Notes under the pieces: generated by a model
The model's input: the letters and a program-made list of their open reading frames with translations, nothing else
The model's database searches: none
What the model was told of the DNA's origin: nothing
Shown: piece after piece, positions 1 to 9,893 of the stretch
Layout of the letters: the number at the start of each line of letters is the position of its first letter
How positions within the stretch are numbered: position 1 is the stretch's first letter
Assembly (NCBI GenBank): GCA_038883795.1
Contig: JAVZLK010000018.1
Span: 1 to 32,120, forward strand
DNA length: 32,120 bases
From: Candidatus Bathyarchaeia archaeon
GTDB lineage: Archaea; Thermoproteota; Bathyarchaeia; Bathyarchaeales; Bathycorpusculaceae
Direction: 5' to 3'
Program-made: the position numbers and the translations under genes

Positions 1-324
1 CGTCACCACCAAAGCAGCGTCAACCCCAAAATCCTTAGCATCCCTCGTAAAAAGAATTGTTTCCCTTGTGCTTATGCTTCCCGTTCCAGCGACAACCCTT
101 ACCTTATCTCCAGCCTCCTCCATCACAATTTCAATAACTTTCTTTCGCTCCTCTCTATCAAGGTATGGGGCTTCACCGTTGCTTCCACAAGGCACAAGCC
201 CAGAAACTCCACCCTCAACCCAAAACTTTACGCATTTCCTCAAAGCCTCTTCGTCTAATTCTCCTTCCCGCGTGAAAGGCGTTATATGCGGCACAAAAAT
301 TCCTTCCAAGCTTATTCTTGGCAT
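1..324 (-). CDS. DapA/DHDPS-family class I aldolase, 5' part (runs off window start)
   Basis: Not in the ORF track. Manual translation from ATG 324: MPRISLEGIFVPHITPFTREGELDEEAL...GLVPCGSNGE...VVAGTGS...GVDAALVVT, with family TPF, GxxGE and AGTG motifs. Confidence 0.9.
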   Translation of the reverse strand, partial: MPRISLEGIFVPHITPFTREGELDEEALRKCVKFWVEGGVSGLVPCGSNGEAPYLDREERKKVIEIVMEEAGDKVRVVAGTGSISTRETILFTRDAKDFGVDAALVVT

Positions 325-396
325 AGTTTTCCCTCTATGATTTTAAAAAGTATAATCACTTATATTGCTTTAGAAAGAAAGGTGGAAGATTTGTGT

Positions 397-1002
397 CTAT
401 TCTCCCTTCTCTTCTGCCTTCCACATGACTTGGGGTCTGCGGGCTGAAAGGAATATGGTCGCAGCGATGATAACGGTGCAAACAATCAATAACACTACTT
501 GAATGGTGAACAACGTTATAAGTTGGTCCATATAAACTGGCGTTTCAACCACGTTAATGATGGGTCTTTCATCTGGTCGGTCTGGCGTCGGCAGGTTCGT
601 GTAAACTTTAATGTCAACAGTTGTGGTTTTTGCTCTTCCATCTGTTGGCACCGTGAAGCTTACTTCAAAAACTCGTATGGTATGCTCAGTCAATGTCTTT
701 TCGTTCTCTGGAGGTTCATAAGTAAGATTTCCAATCCAAGTGCCCTTTGCTTTGTCGTAAGCCCACCATTCTTCAAAGATGATGGTAATGTTGCGAATAG
801 TGACCGGTGAATCTCTGAGGTTGTTGTAGGTAATGTAGAGTTTTCCACTTTGGCCAGCAGAGTAATATGGTTTGTCCGTCCACGCCGTAATTATTTCCGA
901 AGGCCCTTGCGCTTGCGCTAATGCAACGAATAGAAGCATCAAGAGGCATATCAGATTTAGAGTCAGAATTTTCCTATTCATTCTTTCACCTAGTTCGCTC
1001 AT
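397..1002 (-). CDS. Hypothetical exported protein with signal peptide and C-terminal TM anchor
   Basis: Hydrophobic N-terminus ending AQA, beta-rich middle, C-terminal TM LFTIQVVLLIVCTVIIAATIFL. Confidence 0.7.
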   Translation of the reverse strand: MSELGERMNRKILTLNLICLLMLLFVALAQAQGPSEIITAWTDKPYYSAGQSGKLYITYNNLRDSPVTIRNITIIFEEWWAYDKAKGTWIGNLTYEPPENEKTLTEHTIRVFEVSFTVPTDGRAKTTTVDIKVYTNLPTPDRPDERPIINVVETPVYMDQLITLFTIQVVLLIVCTVIIAATIFLSARRPQVMWKAEEKGE

Positions 1003-1020
1003 TTTTAGTTCGATTATTAT

Positions 1021-2235
1021 TTAAAACTTGTTATGTTTTTCGTTAATACAACTTTTCAAAATTTCCATAAGCTTCATGGCTGGCGCATTCGTCCTAACTC
1101 CATCAAAGTTAAAATGAGTTAGGGAAGCTTCAAAGCCCTTTTCCCCTAAAGCCTTTGCAACCTTTTTAATTGAGGGCACCGGTATTTCCAATTTATCGCA
1201 TAACTTGTTAATTACATAGTATGTTGGTGGACCTTCAACTTCGCCCTTTATTAGAGCCAAAATTTTCAGAATTTTTGGCTTGTATCCAAGTGTCATGTTT
1301 TGGGCTTCTTTTTCCATTTTTTCGCAAAAGTCTTTGTCGAATATTTTTCCAAGCCATAAAGGTCCAGCATAATCAAGTTTTGAGTTGCATTGGCTACATT
1401 TTCCAGAATGCCCGATTAGGGATGGTGCTTTTAGGGTTTCTCTGTGGAAACAATTGAAACAGTGCAGTATGTAGCCCATGTTTTTTATGCTTTCATCAGC
1501 CTTTTTTGTGCCGTAGGCTATTTTTGCGTATAGGCGAATGTAATGGTTTGTGCTGTGAGAGAAGAGAACATTTATGCCAATATCATATTTTGCAGCTGTC
1601 ATTGCCAAGCATCCAGCCAAAAGCCTAACAGCCAACTCATGGCAATATTCTGTTCTTAATGGTTTTCCGCCATATTTGCGTATACAAGCTTTTGGATAAA
1701 CGCCGCATAAGGGCGCCATGTCCGTTGCTGTTAAGGCTAGGAGACCGCCGTCTCTTAGGGCTCTTATGGCTGAGTCAAGATAGGGAACAGGCGAGCCAAA
1801 AGGGTCTATGTCTATGGCGTCAAACCTTCTGCGAGGCGCACCATAACGGCTTAAAAGGCGGTTTGCATCCTCATTCTTCACCATGATGCGTCTGCTTAGC
1901 TTATTCATTTGCACATTAGCCATGGCAAGCCGGAACGCTCTCTCGCTAATGTCATTAACTAAAACCTTTTTAACGCCCTCAACTTCGGCTGCAAAGCGTA
2001 TACTTCTAACGCCGCAGCCCGCTAATGGTTCACAAACAACTATTTTGCGGTTAACCGTTCTCTGATATACTTGGAGTGCTAGGACGGCTATGTCACGGTT
2101 TAATTCCATGACTGGATTGTAGAAGACTGGAGCCTTTGAAGGCGCATATTCAGAAGGCGTTTTAACGAAAGCCCTAAGCTTTGGAATGAGTATTTTGACT
2201 TTGCCTTCCGCCACAATTTCTGTTTGAAAATCCAT
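1021..2235 (-). CDS. trm1: tRNA (guanine26-N2)-dimethyltransferase
   Basis: VFYNPVMELNRD, EPLAGCGVRSIR, IDIDPFGSP, LTATD, Zn-binding CxxC...CxxC, GPLWLG motifs. Confidence 0.96.
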   Translation of the reverse strand: MDFQTEIVAEGKVKILIPKLRAFVKTPSEYAPSKAPVFYNPVMELNRDIAVLALQVYQRTVNRKIVVCEPLAGCGVRSIRFAAEVEGVKKVLVNDISERAFRLAMANVQMNKLSRRIMVKNEDANRLLSRYGAPRRRFDAIDIDPFGSPVPYLDSAIRALRDGGLLALTATDMAPLCGVYPKACIRKYGGKPLRTEYCHELAVRLLAGCLAMTAAKYDIGINVLFSHSTNHYIRLYAKIAYGTKKADESIKNMGYILHCFNCFHRETLKAPSLIGHSGKCSQCNSKLDYAGPLWLGKIFDKDFCEKMEKEAQNMTLGYKPKILKILALIKGEVEGPPTYYVINKLCDKLEIPVPSIKKVAKALGEKGFEASLTHFNFDGVRTNAPAMKLMEILKSCINEKHNKF

Positions 2236-2305
2236 GGTTAGGCTTTCCTCATTACGGATTATGAGAAATCATTAATTAAGGTAATATTAGAATTCTGGTT
2301 TTGGG

Positions 2306-2857
2306 ATGCACAGGTTGGAGAAGCGTGTTTTGCTTTTGACTGGCAGTCCAGGCATAGGAAAGACAACTGTTCTGCTAAAGGTGGTTGAAGCATTAAAGGC
2401 TAAAGGTTACAGTGTTGGGGGCATGATAAGCCGCGAGGTCCGATCCTGTGGAGCACGGGTTGGTTTTGAAATTTTAGATTTAGGCAGTGGTAGTCGTGGG
2501 TGGCTTGCCCATGTAAACCAGAAGATGGGACCTCAAGTGGGTAAGTATCGGGTTAATTTGGCAGATTTGGATGGCATAGGCGTAGAAGCCATTTTGAAGG
2601 CTATTGCAGAATGTGATGTTGTAGCCATAGATGAGATTGGTCCCATGGAGTTGTTTTCTGAAAAATTCCGATTAACCGTTAAGAAGGCCGTTGAAAGTGA
2701 TAAGCTTGTAATTGGTGTTGTGCATTGGAAAGCGAAACATAGGCTTATTGAGGAGGTAAAGGCAAGAGAAGACGCAGAAATTTACGCAGTTACATATGAA
2801 AATAGGGATAGAATCCATGAAGTAGTTTTAGAGAAGGCTATCAAGTGTTTAGAATAA
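2306..2857 (+). CDS. Nucleoside triphosphatase, THEP1/NTPase_1 family
   Basis: Walker A GSPGIGKTT, VGKYRV, Walker B VAIDEIGPMEL. Confidence 0.93.
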   Translation: MHRLEKRVLLLTGSPGIGKTTVLLKVVEALKAKGYSVGGMISREVRSCGARVGFEILDLGSGSRGWLAHVNQKMGPQVGKYRVNLADLDGIGVEAILKAIAECDVVAIDEIGPMELFSEKFRLTVKKAVESDKLVIGVVHWKAKHRLIEEVKAREDAEIYAVTYENRDRIHEVVLEKAIKCLE

Positions 2858-2871
2858 AAAAGAGAGTGTGA

Positions 2872-3444
2872 TCAGTAGTTTTCGCACCAAAGTTCAAAGT
2901 AGCTTCTTGGATGGTCGCAAACCGGACATCTTTCCGGCGTTTCAGTGCCTTCAAAGACGTATCCGCAGTTTCTGCATTTCCACATGACCGGCGAATCTTT
3001 TTTGAAGACTTTGCCTTGTTCCATGTTTGCCAGCAACTTTCTATATCTCCTTTCATGGTATGCCTCCACCTTAGCAACCATGCGGAAGGTTCTTGCGGCT
3101 TCTGCAAAGCCCTCCTCATCGGCAATTTCGGCAAAGTTTGGATAAAGAGTCCCCCACTCGTGTCTTTCGCCTTCAGCCGCAGCCCTCAAATTTTCCGCTG
3201 TTGAACCAATAACGCCAGCTGGATAGGCAGCCGTGATTTCTACCATTCCGCCTTTCAAGAGTTTGAAGAATAGTTGTGCATGTTCCCTCTCATTTTCGGC
3301 TGTTTCCGTGAAAATGGCGCTTATCTGCTCATAACCCTCTTTTTTGGCGACGCTGGCAAAGAAAGTGTAGCGTGTTCTCGCTTGGGATTCTCCAGCGAAA
3401 GCAGCCAACAAATTCTTTTCGGTTCTGCTACCTTTCAAATCCAA
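2872..3444 (-). CDS. rbr: Rubrerythrin
   Basis: AFAGESQA, ExxH diiron ligands (EREH, EAYH), C-terminal rubredoxin-like CRNC...CPVC. TTG 3444 chosen as start because GGAGG precedes it. Confidence 0.95.
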   Translation of the reverse strand: MDLKGSRTEKNLLAAFAGESQARTRYTFFASVAKKEGYEQISAIFTETAENEREHAQLFFKLLKGGMVEITAAYPAGVIGSTAENLRAAAEGERHEWGTLYPNFAEIADEEGFAEAARTFRMVAKVEAYHERRYRKLLANMEQGKVFKKDSPVMWKCRNCGYVFEGTETPERCPVCDHPRSYFELWCENY

Positions 3445-3603
3445 AAGGTTCAAACCTCCATTTAGACCCAATATTTAGCTTAAAATGCATAATAAGATTT
3501 TGCGGAAAAAATAGAGGGTAGGCCCCGTATTGGTTGGTGGATAAACCAAAAAATGTTATAACTCTAAAATTACTATCATCATTTTTGAAAAGAAGGTTTT
3601 GTT

Positions 3604-4266
3604 ATGTTAGTTGCAGGCGTCGATGATGCTGGAAGAGGCTCCGTGATTGGTCCATTAGTTATAGCTGGAATCCTAATGCGGGAAGAGGAACTGCCAAAAC
3701 TTGTTGAATTGAAAGTTAGGGACTCAAAGCTTTTGTCGCCGCATAGGCGGGAAATTCTTGCTGTGGAAATTAAGCGGATTGCCCAAAAATTTAGTGTAGT
3801 AAAAATTTCTCCCAAAGAAATTGACAAGGTTGTGGAGAAGGGCAGAAAACTTCATAGGCTAAATAGGTTGGAGGCTCAGAAAATGGCTGAAATCATAGAA
3901 GCGCTTGAGCCAGACATCGCCTATGTTGACGCCTCGGACGTTTTGGAGGAACGGTTTAAACAGCACATTCTGGAATGCCTAACCTTCAAGCCAAAAATCG
4001 TTTCTGAACATAAGGCTGACAAGAAATATCCCATAGTTTCCGCAGCCTCAATAATAGCCAAAGTGGAAAGAGATAAAGCGATAGCGGAATTAGCGGAAAA
4101 GTATGGCGATTTGGGCTGTGGATATCCAACAGACCCGAAAACTCTGGATTTTCTTAGGCAATGGCTGGAAAGGTTTGGGGAATATCCAGACTTCGTCAGG
4201 AAGTCTTGGAAGCCAGCCAAAAAGGCGAAAAGCGAAAATGATTCACGCCAGAAAAGGCTTATTTAA
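3604..4266 (+). CDS. rnhB: Ribonuclease HII
   Basis: GVDDAGRG, DSKLL, VSAASIIAKV, GYPTDP. Second acidic residue is D instead of the usual E. Confidence 0.96.
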   Translation: MLVAGVDDAGRGSVIGPLVIAGILMREEELPKLVELKVRDSKLLSPHRREILAVEIKRIAQKFSVVKISPKEIDKVVEKGRKLHRLNRLEAQKMAEIIEALEPDIAYVDASDVLEERFKQHILECLTFKPKIVSEHKADKKYPIVSAASIIAKVERDKAIAELAEKYGDLGCGYPTDPKTLDFLRQWLERFGEYPDFVRKSWKPAKKAKSENDSRQKRLI

Positions 4267-5207
4267 AGCCTTATTAGGTCTTCTGGATTTTTTATTTTTG
4301 CAATTTCTTCCTTGTAAATGCACGCAATATCCTTGTTTGTTGGCTTTCGTCCTTCTGTGATTAGGATTGGATGGGCTTTTACGATTTTGCTTACGCTTAT
4401 GATTTCATCCACCCGCTCATTCAATTCCTTTTCATTGTTGCTTGCGACTCCGCCTATGATACGCATTTTCTCTTCCGGAACAATTACAACAAAATCAAAA
4501 GGCGCTTTCTTTACTGCTGTGATGTTGTAGCGGGCGAATTTTCTAAAAATCTTTTGGAGAAGTTTGTTTCTGGCTATGGCATGTCCAGCCCTTGAAAGGA
4601 AACATTTGCGTTGCTCCTTTGATTTTTCAAATATGTTTACGGATTTTGCCACCGGAATCCCAAGCGTGTAAATTAGGTTATAGGCAGCAGTTACGGAGGC
4701 TTTAGCCAAGCCCCGCTCATAACCATAAAGGGTTCTTCTGGAAATGCCAATCATCTCAGCCATTTCGCCAACAGACAAGCCCAATTCCTGTCTTCTTCGC
4801 CTAACAGCCTCCCAGTCAATCTCCACATAATAGCCACCTGGACCAGCCTGAATCAGTGGGTGAATATTTCGGAGCACAATGTTTTCGAAGGTTTTTGGGG
4901 TTACAGCAAAAATATTATAGCGTGAATATACTGTGTCGTCTTCTAAGGGTTTTTCTCGGGTTTTTTCACTAACCAGAACCGAGGCGGCTGAGATACATTT
5001 TGATATGATTTTAAGTTCTTCTGAATCTGTTTGGGAGAAGTTGTCAATATCATGTTGAACTTTTATAAAAATTAGTTTTTCACCCTTTCTCGCCGCATAA
5101 TCGAAGCAGCTTGGTCTACAACAACATTTCTCAGAAACCCTAAAGCCTGCCTCTCTCAGCACTTCTTCTGGAGCCTTAAAGTTCTCCTTCTCCCTATAAG
5201 TCATCAA
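4263..5207 (-). CDS. Archaeal Cro/C1-type HTH transcriptional regulator (COG1395-like)
   Basis: SCFDYAAR, GPGGYYVEID, HTH LSVGEMAEMIGISRRTLYGYERG, KAPFD. Confidence 0.85.
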   Translation of the reverse strand: MMTYREKENFKAPEEVLREAGFRVSEKCCCRPSCFDYAARKGEKLIFIKVQHDIDNFSQTDSEELKIISKCISAASVLVSEKTREKPLEDDTVYSRYNIFAVTPKTFENIVLRNIHPLIQAGPGGYYVEIDWEAVRRRRQELGLSVGEMAEMIGISRRTLYGYERGLAKASVTAAYNLIYTLGIPVAKSVNIFEKSKEQRKCFLSRAGHAIARNKLLQKIFRKFARYNITAVKKAPFDFVVIVPEEKMRIIGGVASNNEKELNERVDEIISVSKIVKAHPILITEGRKPTNKDIACIYKEEIAKIKNPEDLIRL

Positions 5208-5288
5208 GACGTCACAAAAATATCATGAGCAACGTCGGATATAAACTATACTTATCTTCTATAACAATAATACACTTGCAGGAGCAGA

Positions 5289-5984
5289 TTATTTTTGGGC
5301 TACTATCATGGCGTGAGCCTTATCGTATGGTTCCAAATGTACAACCTCTTTTATACTGAAGCCTCTATTTTCCAAAACTTTGACTTCGCGTTTGTAGATT
5401 TCTGATGGTTCTTTTGTTACATCTATGCTTTGGGCTTTTACGGCAAGCATTATCCACCCGCCATTTTTAAGAAACAAGTCGGCGTTATCAGCTAAAATTT
5501 TTGCTTGTTCAGGCTGGGCTATGTCACAGTAAATGTCATCCACCTTTCCGCTGATGAAAACTGCATATTTTTCTGGAAAGCGGGCATCCTCCAAAATTGG
5601 CACCATATTAACTCTATAAGCACAAACGTTGTTGACGAGTTCTCTTATGGCTCTTGCAGCAAACTCTACACAGTAAACGTGTCCATCCTCGCCAACGATA
5701 TCCGAAACGTGGCTTGCTGTTGTTCCAGAAGCAGCTCCCAAGTATAGAACCTTATGTGTTGGCTTTATGGGAACAGTCTTCAAGTCTTTAAGTATGGCTG
5801 CTGCTAACTTACTCCTAAAAGCATCCCAGAGGCGATATTCAAAACCTTCATAGCATATAAGCCTCTCGCCGTAAACGTTCCTTCCAGGCGCAAGATTTTT
5901 TGTTGCAAGCCTTTGGGCTCCATCCTCAAGGGTAACCTGATAAATTGCGGGAAAATGCGGATGTGGTTTAACCTTTACCTGCAC
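5289..5984 (-). CDS. flpA: Fibrillarin-like rRNA/tRNA 2'-O-methyltransferase
   Basis: RSKLAAAI, VLYLGAASGTTASHVSD, DIAQPEQA, LEPYDKAH. Probable start is GTG 5984. Confidence 0.96.
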   Translation of the reverse strand: MQVKVKPHPHFPAIYQVTLEDGAQRLATKNLAPGRNVYGERLICYEGFEYRLWDAFRSKLAAAILKDLKTVPIKPTHKVLYLGAASGTTASHVSDIVGEDGHVYCVEFAARAIRELVNNVCAYRVNMVPILEDARFPEKYAVFISGKVDDIYCDIAQPEQAKILADNADLFLKNGGWIMLAVKAQSIDVTKEPSEIYKREVKVLENRGFSIKEVVHLEPYDKAHAMIVAQK

Positions 5985-7191
5985 GTTTCCATTTTCTCCT
6001 CTTCTTTTCACGTTTAGGCTTCCTTTCTGGAGCTGGAGGCGGCTCAGCATACTTCTCGTGAATTTCGCCTATTCGCTTTTCCAAGTCAGCCTTCAACTCT
6101 TCGCCTAGACGTCGCCCGCCGAAAGCGTCAGCCCTAACAGCAATAGCCAATTTCCCAGCCAAAGCCCTTGCAATTTTGCCTCTATGCCACTTATTAGCCT
6201 CATGCAAAAACGCATGCTGAAAGATTATTCCATGCTTAGGCGGCTTCGTCCCAGTCTTTAAGGAGCGGAATAGGGCTTTCTCGGCGCCTAAAACCTGAAT
6301 TGTGCTGGCTGGCATCTTAGCCAAATTCGCTAAACCTCCGGAAAGCGCAATTAAACGAGCCCCCAAAAGGGAACCAACCAAGGCTTTTGTGTTTGGCGCC
6401 ACCTCTTCCATGGCAGTGTCTAAATATTGCTCTAAATTTTGCCTCAGCTGGTACAAGCCAAGCACGTTCTTGCATAAGGCTTGAATTTGCGTTAGGTCTG
6501 TTTCGGTTATTTCTGCGCCCATGGAGGATTCAGCCATTTTTGCTATTTGCTCCGCCTTAGCCTTCGGCACATCCTCTTTCTCCAGATTTTCAACTGTGAA
6601 ATTTTCCCTACTTCCAAACTCCGAAACCAAGCGGGCATAGGTTTCATGTTTATCCACTAAACGGTCAAGCTCTGGAAAGTGGATTCCATACCATTCTCTA
6701 ATGCGTCCCATAAACAGGTTTATGGTTCTATCCAAATCGTCTAAAGTTTGAATAGCTTGAGCAACAATTAAGTCCCTTTTCTCAACAGCCCCCTTAACCC
6801 TCAACTTGGCTATTTCCATACTCACCTCATGTGTCCAAAGAGTAAACTCCCTTAAATCTCCAACAAAGCCTGTTTTAACCGCGAAGCTTTCCATATTAGA
6901 CCTGAGGGCGTCACCGGCAGGTGATGGCTTAGAAACTTCCACTTTTACGTTAAGCTTTTCTTGAACTTCTTTGGCAAGACTTGAATTTTCAAAAACGAAA
7001 GTTTCGTAACCATCCTTCTTAAGCCTCTCTACAAGCTCCTTAACTTCGTCCATAATTTTTCCAGCCTCAATTTTCATTAAAGCCTCAGCAGCCTTCAGAG
7101 GATTTTTGGAAAATAAAACATTTGCTATCAGTTCGTTTTTCTCGTTGAAAGCTAAAACTCCAAAGGAACACCCAACTATCCACGCTTTCAC
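5968..7191 (-). CDS. nop5: Box C/D RNP subunit Nop5 (Nop56/58)
   Basis: REWYGIHFPEL, PASTIQVLGAEKALF, PPKHGIIF. Co-oriented with and overlapping fibrillarin; GTG 7191 follows GGAGG. Confidence 0.96.
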   Translation of the reverse strand: MKAWIVGCSFGVLAFNEKNELIANVLFSKNPLKAAEALMKIEAGKIMDEVKELVERLKKDGYETFVFENSSLAKEVQEKLNVKVEVSKPSPAGDALRSNMESFAVKTGFVGDLREFTLWTHEVSMEIAKLRVKGAVEKRDLIVAQAIQTLDDLDRTINLFMGRIREWYGIHFPELDRLVDKHETYARLVSEFGSRENFTVENLEKEDVPKAKAEQIAKMAESSMGAEITETDLTQIQALCKNVLGLYQLRQNLEQYLDTAMEEVAPNTKALVGSLLGARLIALSGGLANLAKMPASTIQVLGAEKALFRSLKTGTKPPKHGIIFQHAFLHEANKWHRGKIARALAGKLAIAVRADAFGGRRLGEELKADLEKRIGEIHEKYAEPPPAPERKPKREKKRRKWKRAGKG

Positions 7192-7314
7192 CTTTAATCC
7201 TCCCTTTTGCCCACCAACCAATTATTCCATAGCTTTATTCCATAAATAGTTGTTGCAAAAATCTTAAGTGCAAAAAGAGGCATACTTCCCAAACAATGGG
7301 GAGAAGGCAAATTT

Positions 7315-7527
7315 ATGAATAATCTCAAAAGTTTAGTGGAGAAAATTAAGAGTTTAGAAACTGAAAGAAAAAATTTGATGCTGGAAATTGAAGAGCTTAG
7401 GAAGATGGCTGACGCCAAAGCCAAGGCTTTGGAAAGCGAAATAAGCATGCTAAGGGAAGAGGTAAAATCTTTAAGGATTTTGCTTGGAGCAGAAGAACCA
7501 GAAGTGGAAAAGAAAAAGAGGAAATAG
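7315..7527 (+). CDS. Small coiled-coil hypothetical protein
   Basis: 70 aa with heptad Leu/Ile periodicity and basic tail, in a clean intergenic gap. Confidence 0.7.
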   Translation: MNNLKSLVEKIKSLETERKNLMLEIEELRKMADAKAKALESEISMLREEVKSLRILLGAEEPEVEKKKRK

Positions 7528-7594
7528 GCAATAATATACACCTATAAAACTAAGCTTTATCTTACCAAAAAACAACTCTAAAGAAAACACAGCG

Positions 7595-8524
7595 GTGAAA
7601 ATCTTGAAGAAAAACCGCTTAGCCATAAATCTAGCAGGCTTAAAACTTCCAAACCCAACAATGTTGGCTTCTGGAATTTTGGGCTACACGGCGGAAACGT
7701 TCAAAAGCATTGCCGACGGCGGGGCAGGCGCCATAGTAACAAAATCTGTAGGTTTAAAACCTAGAAGCGGCTACGCAAACCCAACAGTAACGCAAACCAA
7801 TTGTGGCTTAATAAACGCCATGGGACTTCCAAACCCCGGAATAGAAGAGTTCGCCAAAGAAATAAACCAAGCAAAAAAGGTTTTGAAAGTTCCCTTAATT
7901 GTTAGCGTTTATGGTTTCACAACGGAAGAATATGCTACTGTGGCAAAAAAGGCTATGGAAGCCGGCGCTGATGCTGTGGAACTTAATGTTTCATGTCCCC
8001 ACGTTAAAGAAACAGGCTCAGAAATTGGACAAAACCCTCAAATTCTGAAAGAGGTTATTAAAAGCGTTAAATCCGCCGTGTCCAAACCAGTTTTTGTTAA
8101 GCTTTCTCCAAACGTCACAAACATAGCAGAAATCGCAGAAGCAGCCGTTTATGCTGGGGCTGATGCCATAACAGCCATAAACACTGTCAAAGCCATGGCA
8201 ATCGATGCAGAAACAGCCAAGCCCATCCTAAGCAACAAAGTGGGCGGACTGTCAGGACCAGCAATAAAGCCCATAGCCTTAAGATGCGTTTACGAAATTT
8301 ATGAAAGGGTTAAAGCGCCAATAATTGGTTGTGGTGGAATAACAAACTGGCGTGATGCTGTAGAATTCTTTTTAGCTGGAGCCTCAGCCGTCCAAATTGG
8401 AACAGCCATAGCAACAAAAGGGTCAAATATATTTAAGACGATTACCCGCGGGATTGATGCCTACTTAAAAAGGAAAGGCTTCAGGAGTGTAAATGAGATT
8501 GTCGGCTTATCGCATAAAAATTAA
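7595..8524 (+). CDS. pyrD: Dihydroorotate dehydrogenase B, catalytic subunit
   Basis: NAMGLPNPG, ELNVSCPH, VKLSPN, GGLSGPAIKP. Confidence 0.96.
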   Translation: MKILKKNRLAINLAGLKLPNPTMLASGILGYTAETFKSIADGGAGAIVTKSVGLKPRSGYANPTVTQTNCGLINAMGLPNPGIEEFAKEINQAKKVLKVPLIVSVYGFTTEEYATVAKKAMEAGADAVELNVSCPHVKETGSEIGQNPQILKEVIKSVKSAVSKPVFVKLSPNVTNIAEIAEAAVYAGADAITAINTVKAMAIDAETAKPILSNKVGGLSGPAIKPIALRCVYEIYERVKAPIIGCGGITNWRDAVEFFLAGASAVQIGTAIATKGSNIFKTITRGIDAYLKRKGFRSVNEIVGLSHKN

Positions 8525-9320
8525 CAAACACAGAACAACAAAAATTTTAGACATAAAAACAGAAAGCTCAACAGTCAAAACCTTCACCTTTAAGGATAAG
8601 ATATGCGCAAGGGCTAAGCCGGGACAATTCCTTATGCTATGGATTCCAGGCGTGGATGAAATTCCCCTAAGCATATTGGATGCCGATGAGGATGGCAATG
8701 TTTGTGTGGCTGTTAGAAGGGTTGGGGAGGCAACCCAAGCCTTGCACAACCTAAAAGTTGGCGATTATATAGGGTTGCGGGGACCTTTTGGAAACAGTTT
8801 CACTTTGAGGAAGGGGAAAATTTTGTTGGTTGGCGGCGGAATCGGCATGGCTCCGCTATTGTTTTTGGCAAAGAAGTTGGCGCCTAAAGCTTCAAAATTA
8901 ACCTTAGTGATAGGTGCGAAGACGAGGGAAGAGCTGCTTTTCATTGAAAAACTGAAGAAAATTTGCAGAGAAGAGAATCTGCTGGCAACAACGGATGATG
9001 GAAGTTATGGCTTTAAGGGTTTAGCTTCAGACCTTTCAGAATCAATTTTAACCAAAGAAAAATATGATGCGGTATATGCTTGTGGACCAGAACAGCTGAT
9101 ACGCAAAGTCTTTGAAACCGCTGAAAAAACTGGAATAGGCATAGAAGCAAGCTTAGAACGCCTAATGCGCTGCGCCATAGGCTTATGCGGAAGCTGCGTC
9201 ATAGGAAAATACCGCGTTTGCAAAGACGGCCCAGTCTTCAATAGTAATCAGCTAAGAGAGGTTAAGGGTGAACTGGGAATTTCGAAAAGGGATTTTGACG
9301 GGAGAAGGATACCGCTTTAA
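8493..9320 (+). CDS. pyrK: Dihydroorotate dehydrogenase electron transfer subunit
   Basis: PGQF, RGPFGN, GGGIGMAP, 2Fe-2S motif CAIGLCGSC...VCKDGPVF; overlaps pyrD. Confidence 0.95.
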   Translation: MRLSAYRIKINKHRTTKILDIKTESSTVKTFTFKDKICARAKPGQFLMLWIPGVDEIPLSILDADEDGNVCVAVRRVGEATQALHNLKVGDYIGLRGPFGNSFTLRKGKILLVGGGIGMAPLLFLAKKLAPKASKLTLVIGAKTREELLFIEKLKKICREENLLATTDDGSYGFKGLASDLSESILTKEKYDAVYACGPEQLIRKVFETAEKTGIGIEASLERLMRCAIGLCGSCVIGKYRVCKDGPVFNSNQLREVKGELGISKRDFDGRRIPL

Positions 9321-9332
9321 GCCGTGTTTTAA

Positions 9333-9833
9333 ATGCCCATAACGCCGCTTCATGCTTTTTCGCTTATGTTTCTTTATTTTAAGAATAAGAAGCGATTTGA
9401 CCCTTTAGCTTTAGCGGTTTCAGCCACATTCATTGATTTAGAACCCCTGTATTATTTTTTGGTTGGAGAGCCCTTAAACCATAGGATTTGGCATGGCTTC
9501 GCACTGGCAATAACCGTCTATCCAATCCTCGTCGCAATGGGCGTTTACGTTTTGGAGCGTTTGTTTGAGAAAAAGTTGTGGAGTGCGTATAATATTTTGA
9601 GGCTTAAACCAAACCAAGTGCAATATCCGCTCTTTATAGTTTATCTTTGCAGTTTGCTCAGCAGCTTCACCCACGTCTTTTTTGACATGTTCACCCATAA
9701 GGACATGCCCTACGTGATTTACCCATTTGTTTATGGAAACCCCTTCTACTTGGGAAACGCTTCAATCCTTATTGAAATAATAGTAATTGCATTAGCGGTT
9801 TATTCCCTTTACGTGTGGATAAAAGCGAAATAA
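9333..9833 (+). CDS. Membrane protein, putative metal-dependent hydrolase (DUF4184-like)
   Basis: MPITPLH N-terminus, IDLEP, HRIWH, HVFFD and several TM segments. Confidence 0.65.
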   Translation: MPITPLHAFSLMFLYFKNKKRFDPLALAVSATFIDLEPLYYFLVGEPLNHRIWHGFALAITVYPILVAMGVYVLERLFEKKLWSAYNILRLKPNQVQYPLFIVYLCSLLSSFTHVFFDMFTHKDMPYVIYPFVYGNPFYLGNASILIEIIVIALAVYSLYVWIKAK

Positions 9834-9893
9834 GCCTTCACTTGTGAAGGACTTTCCATAAATGTTAAAAACTATTGGATAGAATTATGCTCG

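Noticed and set aside
68-340. Plus-strand 90-aa ORF and the many other short antisense or nested ORFs in the track
   Set aside because: They are shadows of well-supported genes on the opposite strand or another frame and have no recognisable motifs.
3472-3603. Possible C/D box sRNA (ATGATGA on the minus strand) near the fibrillarin/nop5 cluster
   Set aside because: No CTGA D box at suitable spacing. The TGATGA-CTGA at ~11864 also has no guide-length spacer.
9835-9850. Inverted repeat CCTTCAC-TT-GTGAAGG
   Set aside because: Single short palindrome with no second copy; function cannot be supported.
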